The translations under genes and the position numbers were made by a program. A stretch of DNA of 54,203 nt, taken from a virus (Duplodnaviria; Caudoviricetes). Below are positions 7,463-16,745 of the stretch, piece by piece. The notes under the pieces were generated by a model, which did not search any database, was not told where the DNA came from, and saw only the letters and a program-made list of their open reading frames with translations. Within the stretch, counting starts at the first letter, position 1. Each line of letters begins with the position of its first letter. The DNA is taken from the IMG/VR virus record IMGVR_UViG_3300020428_000014, positions 1 to 54,203 of that record; one strand, given 5' to 3'.

Positions 7463-9591
7463 TATGAAGCTAAAGACTGTCTTGTTTCGAGACTTTGCTG
7501 AGACAGCTTGTAGGCTCCACGTACGTTCGCTACTGGCTCAATCTCTGGCTCTTTTGCCCTCACCGCCAGCGTCAACGTATTGCTAAGGGTCTTCCTTTTG
7601 ATGTCACCTGTCGTGCATAAGCGCTCATATAGCTGCTTGCGTGTCAAGTATTTCAGCCCCTCCTCACACTGCGCTTGCATTAAGCAATAGACGATTTTGT
7701 CTAGGCAGTTGTTGATCCTCTCCTGCCCCATGCACAATCCCAATTGGCCGTCGATCATCTCGTACTCAAAACTCCGCAGCCCGCCGATCCGGTTCTTCAA
7801 TGTGATCCATCGCCTGCGGTCTGTTGGGCGGCCGTCCTCTTCAATCGACTGGATCTCGTGCACGCTTGACGGGATCTCGGCCCATGCCTTGGCCCCAGCC
7901 GCGGCCCCCCTCGCTACGCCGTCATGGTTGATCAGTACTAAGCAGCAATGCGGGGCCAGGACCTCCTTCATGAACGTGAGCATCGCCGTGACCCACTGGT
8001 TTGATGTGTAGTCAGCTGACTCCCCAGAGCAGATACTCTTGCAGCTATCGATCATTACTAGTCCGATGCCCTCCTCCTTAACGAACGACAGGAGCTGAAT
8101 ACACCCCTTCAGGTCAGCAACCCATTTCTCCTGCCCTTGGCCCTCATCCGCGGCCCATACGTGAAACATCTTCCTTCCGCCCTCAGATGTCTCTGGGATC
8201 CCTATTAGGCCCATGTCCTGGAGGCATGCCTTCAATGGTGCAGCTCCAGAATCAGACGCAATGAACAACGTCTTGCGCTTTGCGGAGGGCTGCGTGTGAT
8301 CGAGGAATCCAGTGCCCCTGATGGAGCTGAATGCTGCGCCGAGTGCTGCTGTGGTTTTACCGGAACCGGCTTTCCCGAAAAATAGGTTTAGATCATTGTC
8401 GACGAGAAAGCCTTCAACCAAGTAATTCAACCCCTGGATCCGGCTCAGATCGAGCGAGAGACGCTTGCTCTTCGCTTTGACGCCGATCTGCTGCTGCATG
8501 AAGCGGTTAAATAATTTGGCCTCGATCGTTGCATTGGTCTGCTTCCAGCGAGACATGATCTCAGCCCGCTTGTCCATCTGTTTGTCATCGTCGTTATTCA
8601 CTACAGCTTTCAGCATCTCGTCGATCGCTTCTGTATACCTCTGGTCTCGGATGACGCTTGTGGTTGTCCCATCCGCATTCTCTACCTTCACCTCAACCTG
8701 AGTTGGTCTAACTACCTCAATACTGTCCGGGCTCGTCCAGCCTCCCTTCTTCGCGTAGTGAAATAGGGTGCCCAGATGAATCTCACCCCCTTTAAATGAC
8801 TTCCACTTCCGTTGACAGGTCTTCTCGTTAAACTTTGAAGACTTTCTTGAATACTCGATCCATAGATCCAGCCACTCAGGATTAGCCCATTTCATTGCCA
8901 TCCCGACTTTTAGCCAGTCGTCATAGTCGTTCCATACTTCAATCGGGATGAACTCCAGTGCATCTATAGCCCTCTCCATATCACGAATCTCTGCCTTGCC
9001 CGGCATCTCCTCGCCATTATCTGTCGCCTCCTGGTAGGTCCTGAGCAGCGGGTGCAGCAACCAATCAGGTGCATCTGCAACCTCAACATCAATAGGGCTG
9101 CAACCCTCCACCCATCTGTACCCTTCTGTTTCCGGGTGGTGTCCAGCTACAACTGATTGGTGATTAGCCCAGCGAAGCTCTAAAACGCCGTCATAATGCT
9201 TGCGGTTTACGAGGCTGTCCCACCACTCGTCTGCCACTCGGAAGGCAACCTGCCTCCTCTCCTCTTTGCCACTAGTCCAAGAGATTGACTTGGGCAGTTC
9301 GCAGCTGTCACGCCCACATATCTGTAAGAACTTCTCCTCAGATCCAGGTCCATCAAAATCAACAGCTAATACACCGCCGGAGGCAGGCCCGGTCAATAGA
9401 CCTACAGCCCAAACATATTGACTGGGTAGATCCTTGATCTGGTCAATGTCATAACCCCCGGAACTTTGCCATTTGGCTACATTGTCCCCGGTATCAGCAT
9501 TTATCGGCTTTTTGTTTCTGCCAACTGGCACAAATCGCCAGTCAGAATCTGCAGCTTCAAGAGCACCCCAAATGGTTTCATCAAGTGGCAT
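7462..9591 (-). CDS. Bifunctional primase-polymerase / PriCT-2 / AAA helicase
   Basis: GLLTG...AVDFDG Prim-Pol motif, YDDWLKVGMA..W..S PriCT-2 motif, Walker A GKAGSGKT, Walker B VMIDS. Confidence 0.9.
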   Translation of the reverse strand: MPLDETIWGALEAADSDWRFVPVGRNKKPINADTGDNVAKWQSSGGYDIDQIKDLPSQYVWAVGLLTGPASGGVLAVDFDGPGSEEKFLQICGRDSCELPKSISWTSGKEERRQVAFRVADEWWDSLVNRKHYDGVLELRWANHQSVVAGHHPETEGYRWVEGCSPIDVEVADAPDWLLHPLLRTYQEATDNGEEMPGKAEIRDMERAIDALEFIPIEVWNDYDDWLKVGMAMKWANPEWLDLWIEYSRKSSKFNEKTCQRKWKSFKGGEIHLGTLFHYAKKGGWTSPDSIEVVRPTQVEVKVENADGTTTSVIRDQRYTEAIDEMLKAVVNNDDDKQMDKRAEIMSRWKQTNATIEAKLFNRFMQQQIGVKAKSKRLSLDLSRIQGLNYLVEGFLVDNDLNLFFGKAGSGKTTAALGAAFSSIRGTGFLDHTQPSAKRKTLFIASDSGAAPLKACLQDMGLIGIPETSEGGRKMFHVWAADEGQGQEKWVADLKGCIQLLSFVKEEGIGLVMIDSCKSICSGESADYTSNQWVTAMLTFMKEVLAPHCCLVLINHDGVARGAAAGAKAWAEIPSSVHEIQSIEEDGRPTDRRRWITLKNRIGGLRSFEYEMIDGQLGLCMGQERINNCLDKIVYCLMQAQCEEGLKYLTRKQLYERLCTTGDIKRKTLSNTLTLAVRAKEPEIEPVANVRGAYKLSQQSLETRQSLAS

Positions 9592-9727
9592 CCCACCTCT
9601 GTCATTGTTTCTGTTGCTAACTCCTCTCGCCTAAGAGGCTTATCTATTCTTGTTGTCGCCCGGGGGCGCAAAGCGCCTAAAAAGAACCCGCGTGCGATTT
9701 AAGCGGAATCAACAGAATAAAAGCATC

Positions 9728-9740
9728 TCTCACTCGTGAG
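9728..9740. promoter_or_regulatory. Operator-like palindrome, copy 2 (TCTCACTCGTGAG)
   Basis: Same core as 13818-13830; lies in the divergent gap upstream of the primase gene. Confidence 0.65.
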
Positions 9741-9777
9741 TGCTATGGCCTAACGCCTGGCTTCACAAACTCTTCCG

Positions 9778-9933
9778 ATGCCCAAGATCACAGACGAGCA
9801 CTTGACAGAGCTAAGGCGGGCCGCTGCTGAGCACCCTGAATGGCACCCTTACACCTTGTCATTGCATATGTCTGTGGTAGTTGGTGTGATCTACAAGCCC
9901 CAACAAATCAGAAAGGCACTTAGCGATCTTTAG
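9778..9933 (+). CDS. Small hypothetical protein (51 aa, not in the ORF track)
   Basis: MPKITDEHLTELRRAAAEHPEW...; fills the gap downstream of palindrome copy 2. Confidence 0.45.
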   Translation: MPKITDEHLTELRRAAAEHPEWHPYTLSLHMSVVVGVIYKPQQIRKALSDL

Positions 9934-10168
9934 CAACCTTCACCCCCATCATCACCGAGTGCCTAAGTACTGGAACTGATTTCTTGCTCTCGCCTGTCCC
10001 TGTGGTCATTCGTCGCCAAGTAACACTTTCATCATCAATGATCATTTCTATTGTGTAAAACTTATGCCCGCATGCCTTGCATGTGCGCCTTCTAATATTC
10101 ATTTCGGGCTCATAGGTGTTGGTGTTTGGGACCTTTTGGTCGAGGCAATCACACTTTGGGCACTTCAT
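9920..10168 (-). CDS. NrdR-like N-terminal zinc-ribbon protein without an ATP-cone
   Basis: MKCPKC...IRRRTCKACGHKFYTIE matches the NrdR pattern MxCPxC...RRRRxCxxCxxRFTTxE; only 82 aa. Confidence 0.8.
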   Translation of the reverse strand: MKCPKCDCLDQKVPNTNTYEPEMNIRRRTCKACGHKFYTIEMIIDDESVTWRRMTTGTGESKKSVPVLRHSVMMGVKVAKDR

Positions 10169-10182
10169 GGCTTGGCCTGTTT

Positions 10183-10206
10183 GGTGGCACTATATGCGGT
10201 GCCACC
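10183..10206. promoter_or_regulatory. Inverted repeat containing an NrdR-box-like sequence
   Basis: GGTGGCAC-TATATGCG-GTGCCACC ending 14 bp upstream of the NrdR-like start. Confidence 0.45.
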
Positions 10207-10282
10207 CTACCTGTTTTGCACTTTTCTTGCACAACCCCTGCTCGACCCCGTACACTGCAGGGGTTCTCATCGATTGACCGTT

Positions 10283-10326
10283 GGCTTTTAACCGATTGGT
10301 CCTGAGTTCGATTCTCAGGCGACCCA
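10283..10326 (+). other. attP core: 3' half of tRNA-Lys(UUU)
   Basis: GGCTTTTAACCGATTGGTCCTGAGTTCGATTCTCAGGCGACCCA gives anticodon loop, T-arm (CTGAG-TTCGATT-CTCAG) and acceptor 3' strand. The 5' half is absent and the site is next to the integrase. Confidence 0.88.
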
Positions 10327-10417
10327 TAGCTTTTCATGGCAGCTCCGCTCTGGTTTCTCAGCTGAAACCCGTTCTGCCACTTGTGTTCTCAGGTCCGGTC
10401 TTACGGGTATTGCACCT

Positions 10418-10440
10418 GACACAATCGGACACAATCGGAC
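10418..10440 (+). repeat. 10-bp tandem repeat GACACAATCG x2+, candidate Xis/arm site
   Basis: Direct repeat between the att core and the integrase; TTGCAC repeats also occur at ~10215-10233 and ~10465-10482. Confidence 0.5.
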
Positions 10441-10476
10441 GCTCTCAGACCCCTTTAGACAGGTTTTTGCACAAAA

Positions 10477-11994
10477 GTGCAAGGACTCTCAGCCGCGGGC
10501 AAGCTGGCTTACATGCATAAGCTCAACCTCGTCAGCGCCAAACTGCTCCAACTCAGGCACGCCGCTTGCCCTTATCGCTTCCGCGTCGTCTCGCGTACTA
10601 ATAAGCGCGGCGGCGTCGTCACCCTTCAAGAAACGATCCGCGTCTACAGCACAGCAGATGGCGCCAAAAAATCAAAAGTGGTCAAAGGCTGCTCTGTCGA
10701 AAACGAACAGCACTTAACTCTCCTGACTGATCACTTGCTCGCTGCTGGTAAAGAACTAGCGGCAGGTGGCCGCGGCCTTGACTGGGATGAACTCGGTCAT
10801 GTCCTCACACGCCCAGATGGCTCCATCACCATCAAGGATCAAACCTGGGGGGAGGTCAGGGCCATCGTTAAGAACCTGCTTAAACCTGGAGGCATCAAAT
10901 CGAAAGACAGCAGTCAGCTCACCTGCTTCAAAGACGGTGGCTACTTCGCGGTCTACTTCGATGACGACGCCATCGTGACCACTGAAGACCTCCGACTATT
11001 CGCCACCTCTGAAATCCATAGCCTTAAGGCGCACAAGAAAAATCGAGCCCTACCCATCACGACTGTCGATTTCTCTTCACGCGGCTATCACGGGAAGGTT
11101 GAAATGATTAGCTGCATTCGTAAGAACGGAGTCAAGGCGGCTACCAAAGAACTCCATGAAAGCCTGAAAGATCTTAAAAGGAGTCGTAAACCGCCGGAGG
11201 CGAAATTCATTCCCCGCGATGATGACATAGAGGAATGGCTGGACGCGCTCCAAAGTCATTGCCCCTTAAAGGCTTGGTGCGCGGCAATGCTTGCTACGTA
11301 TCCTCTTAGGCCTCATGAGTTATGGCACATCCAATCGCTACCTGGGCAAGACCCTGCAAACCCCAGTTGGATTGAAATCACAGAGAACACTAAAACTGGT
11401 GCTCGCGCCGCGTTGCCATGCCCAGAGAAATGGGTTTGGCGTTACAAGCTCAACGACATCAGCAATGCAGAAGTCATGCTGCAGCGCCTCAAGGAGAAGC
11501 ACCCAATCCAAATTGCTGAAAACTCAGAGACTGGAGAGCTGATGGTGGTGAACAACAAGACACTGGGCGGGTACGTAAGCCACTGGTTCAGCAGCTCAAG
11601 AGCCTGCGATCAATTTGCTGTGACCTTGCAAGGCTGGCGTATCCCTAAGAAGCCGCCAGGAGCTTTGGTTGAACCAGATCCCGTATCGGGCCGCTGCACC
11701 GCTTATTGCCTACGCCATCGGTGGGCCTTACGCGCTAAGCAGCTGGAGCCTTGGTCGGACGAGCTCAAGGCGGCGGCTATGGGCCATGATGCGGCTATTC
11801 ATCGGTCGACGTATTTGTCAAACAAGACGCTGGCGATCCAAAAGCAATGGATGCAACGCCAGAAGGGGCTAGACGAAAACAAGCCCACCCCATTGGTTCA
11901 AGAGGTTCGCCCCGCCCCAGAGGATCAGACCATCAGAGAGCTGGAGCGCAAACTGGCAAAGACGCAGGCAGCCCTACAAGCTGCTTTGGCCTAG
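10477..11994 (+). CDS. int: Tyrosine recombinase / integrase
   Basis: YPLRPHEL (R), TKTG (K), YCLRHRW and MGHDAAIHRSTY catalytic motifs; the start may be ATG 10513. Confidence 0.9.
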   Translation: MQGLSAAGKLAYMHKLNLVSAKLLQLRHAACPYRFRVVSRTNKRGGVVTLQETIRVYSTADGAKKSKVVKGCSVENEQHLTLLTDHLLAAGKELAAGGRGLDWDELGHVLTRPDGSITIKDQTWGEVRAIVKNLLKPGGIKSKDSSQLTCFKDGGYFAVYFDDDAIVTTEDLRLFATSEIHSLKAHKKNRALPITTVDFSSRGYHGKVEMISCIRKNGVKAATKELHESLKDLKRSRKPPEAKFIPRDDDIEEWLDALQSHCPLKAWCAAMLATYPLRPHELWHIQSLPGQDPANPSWIEITENTKTGARAALPCPEKWVWRYKLNDISNAEVMLQRLKEKHPIQIAENSETGELMVVNNKTLGGYVSHWFSSSRACDQFAVTLQGWRIPKKPPGALVEPDPVSGRCTAYCLRHRWALRAKQLEPWSDELKAAAMGHDAAIHRSTYLSNKTLAIQKQWMQRQKGLDENKPTPLVQEVRPAPEDQTIRELERKLAKTQAALQAALA

Positions 11995-12182
11995 CGGGAT
12001 CGGCCCAGGGCCTCCTCCACCTTCTTGGCATTCCAAAGGATGGGCCCCGAACGGTGCAGTGGGTTCTTCCTGACGAAGTGCCTCCCCTCTTGGAGCAGTC
12101 CTTGGGCACGGCACCTAAACAGCGTCCGTTCACTTATTGAAAGGTGCTTGGCCATCTCTGCGTTGGGTATCCAGGGCCACAT
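11991..12182 (-). CDS. xis: Excisionase-like winged-helix protein
   Basis: EMAKHLSISERTLFR...GLLQEGRHF...ILWN; small, basic and adjacent to int. Confidence 0.75.
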   Translation of the reverse strand: MWPWIPNAEMAKHLSISERTLFRCRAQGLLQEGRHFVRKNPLHRSGPILWNAKKVEEALGRSR

Positions 12183-12203
12183 AGCGGTCTATCAAACCAC
12201 CTT

Positions 12204-12223
12204 CTTAACGAGTGATAAGCGCC
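12204..12223. promoter_or_regulatory. Operator-like palindrome, copy 3 (inverted; minus strand GGCGCTTATCACTCGTTAAG)
   Basis: Close match to GGCGCCTATCACTCGTGAG at 6487; lies between divergent xis and the regulator gene. Confidence 0.6.
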
Positions 12224-12332
12224 CTTGATCGATATCACCTGATGTCTTACCAAGGATTATGCTTGCGTTAAGGGGGTAGACAGACCAAGACAGAGCACAT
12301 ATCGTTCACGATACAGCTCAATCATTTTTTAC

Positions 12333-13139
12333 ATGTCGCCGGTAACTGACTTGCGTTGGGAAGGCATCCGCTCAGTCTTAGTGCCGCAACCGACTCAAGA
12401 TCCAGTTAGCCTGCCCCTCGTTGGCTACAAGAAGCAGCAAGAATTGGAGTCCTTTGATGCGTTCAAAAAAGCTTTCCACGAATACCGTGCCAATTTTGGC
12501 ATTGGCCTAGAGCGCTGGAGACGTTCTAATGGCTGGACCCAGGACACTTGTCAAGATATAGGGAAGCTAACTGGGACACCCCATGTGTACGGATCTAAGT
12601 GGTCGCAGCTAGAGCGCGGCACAGCCTTAAATCCTGGTCCAATGGTTTTCCATGCCTTGGGTTTTGTCAACAAGGCAATTGCGTTGAAGTTGTTTTTAGA
12701 TCCTGGCGTCCTTACTAGTCAGAATTTGCGTGAAAAACTGAAAGACGCCAAGCCAATCTTACATGAAGATGGTTCCCATTGGGAGGGGAAAGATTTTTTT
12801 GCTGCATTTACTGGCCAGTTGCCCTGGCCTAACTTAATTGAGGGGAAGAGCCTTACTGCCCCACAAGCTGAAGAATATTCACATGGATTGCACCACAGGT
12901 TTGCCCGACTAAAAACTGCCTACAATCTGAGTTTGTCAGATGCGTTAGAACTAGCGCTTGGCGAATCGTCAGTTGGAGAGACACTATCTAACGAACAGAA
13001 AGAGCATTATTCCGACATCCTCGTTGGAATGACCACATTCAAGCCCGCGGAGCTGAAGGAACTTTGGCAGGAAGACAAGCAAGTATTTTTACCTACTGCA
13101 TGGCTTAATAAAATGCAAGCTACCTGCCAACGTTCTTAA
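12333..13139 (+). CDS. XRE-like HTH regulator, candidate repressor
   Basis: FGIGLERWRRSNGWTQ...SKWSQLERG HTH-like segment; located in the lysogeny module. Confidence 0.6.
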   Translation: MSPVTDLRWEGIRSVLVPQPTQDPVSLPLVGYKKQQELESFDAFKKAFHEYRANFGIGLERWRRSNGWTQDTCQDIGKLTGTPHVYGSKWSQLERGTALNPGPMVFHALGFVNKAIALKLFLDPGVLTSQNLREKLKDAKPILHEDGSHWEGKDFFAAFTGQLPWPNLIEGKSLTAPQAEEYSHGLHHRFARLKTAYNLSLSDALELALGESSVGETLSNEQKEHYSDILVGMTTFKPAELKELWQEDKQVFLPTAWLNKMQATCQRS

Positions 13140-13263
13140 CTAAATCTTTACCCGTTATGGGGTGGAGCGATAGCCATTCCCGTTTATACTGTTCGGTAGT
13201 TGATCATACGTAGTCATCACCAACGATCTTGAGAAGTACTCGCAGGCAGAACTTGTAGCCGCA

Positions 13264-13797
13264 TTGATTGAGTGGAAGAGAGCTGGCTGCGACTGTAAGG
13301 ATTTAGACAAGCACAATCTCCTGCTTAACTTCCTACTGAATGAGTCCGGCTGTGTGTCTTGCCGGATAATGCACACTTCGGGTGGGACCATAATAAGTGG
13401 ATTTACTCAAACTAAATCTGCTGCTGTGTCAGCTGTTTTAGGTCTTAATGAACGGCTAATTGATGTCAACCTATTTATGGCGGCGGCCTCCAATCCCACT
13501 CCTATCAATTCGGATCCCCCTCCTCTGACCAATGGTTTCGACACGACGGCAGACCCTGAAGAGAGAAGCCATGGACTGCAGCCACTGACTCGTGATCGTC
13601 AGCGTGAACTCAGGGGTTGCCTTAAAGAGCTCCCGGAAGAGATGTACCAAAATGCTGTAGTTGGTTTTAAGCGGGCATTTAGCCTGCCTCCCAAACTTGA
13701 GAAAATCGGAGACAGGATCACACAGGAACGCCATGCTGCCTGGCTCGAAGACTTCATTGCGAAGGTGACAACGGATTCAGGAGAAATCCTAAAATAA
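13264..13797 (+). CDS. Divergent or internally deleted ERF-like single-strand annealing protein
   Basis: IMHTSGGTI, AVSAVLGL and a C-terminal domain (FKRAF...ITQERHAAWL) resemble cyanophage ERF proteins; start uncertain. Confidence 0.45.
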   Translation: MIEWKRAGCDCKDLDKHNLLLNFLLNESGCVSCRIMHTSGGTIISGFTQTKSAAVSAVLGLNERLIDVNLFMAAASNPTPINSDPPPLTNGFDTTADPEERSHGLQPLTRDRQRELRGCLKELPEEMYQNAVVGFKRAFSLPPKLEKIGDRITQERHAAWLEDFIAKVTTDSGEILK

Positions 13798-13813
13798 AAA
13801 AATTTAGCAGTAG

Positions 13814-13833
13814 CGCCTCTCACTCGTGAGGGG
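13814..13833. promoter_or_regulatory. Operator-like palindrome, copy 4 (CGCCTCTCAC-TC-GTGAG)
   Basis: Upstream of the SSB-dnaN-sigma operon and followed by a -10-like TAAAGT. Confidence 0.65.
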
Positions 13834-13892
13834 TAAAGTCTCTGCAACGGGGTGAGGAGCCCCATTCCACTGGCCCTTTAATTACAAATTTC

Positions 13893-14513
13893 ATGATCGC
13901 AGGCATTGAGCTGACCGAAAATGGCATTCAGCAGAAACGGACCCCCGTTTTCAAGAAGCGGAACATTGGCGAATCCGCCAAAATGGCACTAATACGAACA
14001 GAAAAAAGGAAAGTCAAAAAGGAGAATGCTCAAGGCGAACTAGTCGATGACCTCAAGGAAAATGGTGCTCCGAAGTGGGAATTGGTGCTCCATGGTATTG
14101 CGTTGAAGGGCAACACAATGCGAGCTTCACTTTCTGGCGAGATGGTTACGCTCACTGATGGAGATGAAGTCCGCATGATCTGCCGCGGCGGGCAATACAA
14201 GGATTGGATTGATGCTGTAAAGGCGTTCCCTGGGTCAGTACGAGCTGGAGATGTTGTCAAGGTTGATATCACCATGGCGATTCCATACATCAGCAAAACA
14301 AACAAGGGAGCCAAGCTAACAACAAAGGAACAAGTAGATCAGCACCGGGAAAACAAACCCGGTCAAAACTTGGGGTTATATGGATCAATGGAAATTGCAA
14401 GGCAGACAGATGCCAATATCATCACTAAGTGCTGTGATTTGCATGCCGAATTTAATGCAATCAACCTTGATAATGGCCCAACGGTTGGAGATGATGATTT
14501 AGCTGATGTGTGA
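13893..14513 (+). CDS. Putative single-stranded DNA-binding protein
   Basis: Beta-rich with an acidic tail (GDDDLADV); lies between the ERF-like gene and the clamp. Confidence 0.4.
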   Translation: MIAGIELTENGIQQKRTPVFKKRNIGESAKMALIRTEKRKVKKENAQGELVDDLKENGAPKWELVLHGIALKGNTMRASLSGEMVTLTDGDEVRMICRGGQYKDWIDAVKAFPGSVRAGDVVKVDITMAIPYISKTNKGAKLTTKEQVDQHRENKPGQNLGLYGSMEIARQTDANIITKCCDLHAEFNAINLDNGPTVGDDDLADV

Positions 14514-14745
14514 TGTGTTTTCATATGACACATGGACTGTTCGTATCCATTCAAGGGAAAGCCTTTATCTTGTTCGATTCACCAACAAAGTAAATGGTGA
14601 ATTCCTCCTTGATGAATACGTCACTTGGTGTCCACTCAAGAAAATATGGGGGCCGCTCATGGGGCGGCCTTTCCCTTTCTCTGTATCTACCGATCTCTTA
14701 AACGAAGTTGAGTATGAATTGTGTTCTCGCTCAAGCCTGCCTTAG
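14506..14745 (+). CDS. Hypothetical protein
   Basis: Overlapping operon ORF. Confidence 0.5.
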   Translation: MCDVFSYDTWTVRIHSRESLYLVRFTNKVNGEFLLDEYVTWCPLKKIWGPLMGRPFPFSVSTDLLNEVEYELCSRSSLP

Positions 14746-15862
14746 CAAAGCGCTAAAGATTGCAAGCAAGGCTGTCACCAACAAACCAAGTCACCCAATT
14801 CTGGCCTGTGTCCAACTAAGCGCTGGCTCTGATGAGGATAACCCAGGCTCCTTTTCTATTGAGGCCAGCGATTTATCTACTAGCATCCACCGAAATATCG
14901 AAGCAGAGGTTAAAGACGTAGGGAGGCTATGCGTACCTTTCCGCCCACTCCATGACCTCATCTCTCGTCTTGATAGTGGGCAATCCTTGATGCTTGGCTC
15001 GCAAGGTTCTGATCTTTGCGTAACTACTCAGACGGGAGGCACTTACAAGATCGCTGGCTACCCTGGTGCCGATTGGATCAGCATGCCAGTTAAAGAAGAT
15101 GCTCTGCAGATCCAAGCGAATGTAGTCAAAGCGTGTCATACGGTATCAAAGGCAATCGCGAAGGATCGTCCAGACATCAACGGAATCAACATTAGGGTCA
15201 TTGACGGTAGATTAACATTCGCCGCGACAGATGGTCATAGGCTACATACATATAGTCACTCCATTGAGCATTCCGACCCGATCCCCGATGGAGCAGTAAA
15301 TGTAACAGTGCCAGAAGCGGCACTAGAAATAGCCGAATCCAGTAAGGGTGAAATCACCTTTACAAGCGGAGCCAAGGTCGTGGAGTTTAGAGATGGAAAG
15401 GACTGGGTATCGGCGAGGATCTACGAGAAGCCCTACCCCGATTATCCACAATTAGTTCCATCGGACTACAGAATTAGTGTCACTGTTGATCGGGTTAAGC
15501 TCCTCAAGCTCGTCGAAACAGTAGGGACTGTGGCTGCCGACGCCGAAAACATCATGCATCTAGGTAAAAGCACAGAGCGAAAAAACAACTTAGTCTTAAA
15601 CGCAATGCACACAATGGGCTTCGCTAAGGATTTTATCGATGCTGAATTTGAATACAATTACGATCCTGTAGCGGATCCAACTAGTGACGACTTTGATTGT
15701 TACTTAAACAGTCGCTTCTTTGCTGAAGCCCTGCGATCATTAGAAGGCGATCAGGTCTATATCAATTGGCTTGGTAGAGTCCAGCCCCTTGTCCTTAAGT
15801 CAGACGACAGCGAGCAACTTTGCTTAGTAATGCCCATACAGGGCAGGGCGAAAGATGAGTGA
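14714..15862 (+). CDS. dnaN: DNA polymerase III beta sliding clamp
   Basis: [40 protein letters not shown] and LVMPIQ motifs; ~380 aa. Confidence 0.93.
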   Translation: MNCVLAQACLSKALKIASKAVTNKPSHPILACVQLSAGSDEDNPGSFSIEASDLSTSIHRNIEAEVKDVGRLCVPFRPLHDLISRLDSGQSLMLGSQGSDLCVTTQTGGTYKIAGYPGADWISMPVKEDALQIQANVVKACHTVSKAIAKDRPDINGINIRVIDGRLTFAATDGHRLHTYSHSIEHSDPIPDGAVNVTVPEAALEIAESSKGEITFTSGAKVVEFRDGKDWVSARIYEKPYPDYPQLVPSDYRISVTVDRVKLLKLVETVGTVAADAENIMHLGKSTERKNNLVLNAMHTMGFAKDFIDAEFEYNYDPVADPTSDDFDCYLNSRFFAEALRSLEGDQVYINWLGRVQPLVLKSDDSEQLCLVMPIQGRAKDE

Positions 15863-16745
15863 CGCTACTGGAGAGTACCTTGCTCGCATTGGCAAGATCA
15901 GCATGCTGGTGCCAAGTGAAGAGCTTGAACTTGGACGTATTGTCCAGGCCAATATTCATCTGGAAAATAGGAGCAGAGCTCAAGAGCGACAGCTTCAAAA
16001 GGCAAAAGATCGGATGGTCGAGAGTAATCTCCGCCTAGTAGTTTCCATAGCAAAAAAGTTCGCTAAGTATGTACCCCCATCGGAGTTGCTTGACCTCATT
16101 CAAGCTGGCAACACTGGCTTGATCAGGGCTGTTGAAAAGTTTAATCCAAGTCTTGGTTATCGTTTCAGCACTTATTCCTACTGGTGGATACAGCAAGCTA
16201 TCACATTTTATTTAAACACCTATAAGCACCCAATACGCTTGCCAACTTCTCAGCATGAGCGCCTTCGCAAGCTAGAAAAATACTATTCGATGTACGAACA
16301 AGGTCGAGTTGACGACCACTTTGATGACATTCTTTCCGATCTTAAGCTTACAAAAGATGAAGCAGCGAGGCTACTTCGATTTAAGACCTCCTTGAGGAGT
16401 CTTGATGCTTTAGCTGTTGAAGATGGCACTCCTTTAGTTGAGCTTATTGCAGCACGAGAGGAGCCAGAAGAAGATGATCAGGTCACACGGCTTAAGGAAA
16501 CCTATTCCAGCCTTGCACCAGAGCAAAGAGAAGTGATCGATTTGTATTACATCAATCGCCTTTCCATAAAGGAAGTGGCCAACATGCTGGGCAAATCTTG
16601 TGAAGTGATTAACCGGATAAAAGCAAGCGCTGATTTCAAGATCAGCCTTATCGTCAACGGAATCGTTCCAGCTACTGAATACATCGTGCAAAACGATATT
16701 CAAGGTATCGATAACACTTCCTATGAACAAATCAAGCTCTTCTAA
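15855..16745 (+). CDS. Sigma-70 family (RpoD-like) sigma factor 2
   Basis: [35 protein letters not shown] and [16 protein letters not shown] motifs. Confidence 0.93.
   Translation: MSDATGEYLARIGKISMLVPSEELELGRIVQANIHLENRSRAQERQLQKAKDRMVESNLRLVVSIAKKFAKYVPPSELLDLIQAGNTGLIRAVEKFNPSLGYRFSTYSYWWIQQAITFYLNTYKHPIRLPTSQHERLRKLEKYYSMYEQGRVDDHFDDILSDLKLTKDEAARLLRFKTSLRSLDALAVEDGTPLVELIAAREEPEEDDQVTRLKETYSSLAPEQREVIDLYYINRLSIKEVANMLGKSCEVINRIKASADFKISLIVNGIVPATEYIVQNDIQGIDNTSYEQIKLF

Noticed and set aside
10254-10326. Full-length phage tRNA-Lys gene
   Set aside because: The 5' acceptor strand and D-arm are missing; only the 3' half is present, as expected for attP
10149-10337. 62-aa minus-strand ORF spanning attP (possible integration-dependent switch)
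   Set aside because: No recognisable features, and it overlaps att core and arm repeats; probably a chance ORF
12301-12332. Glutamine riboswitch-like start ATCGTTCA
   Set aside because: The downstream conserved elements of the motif are not present
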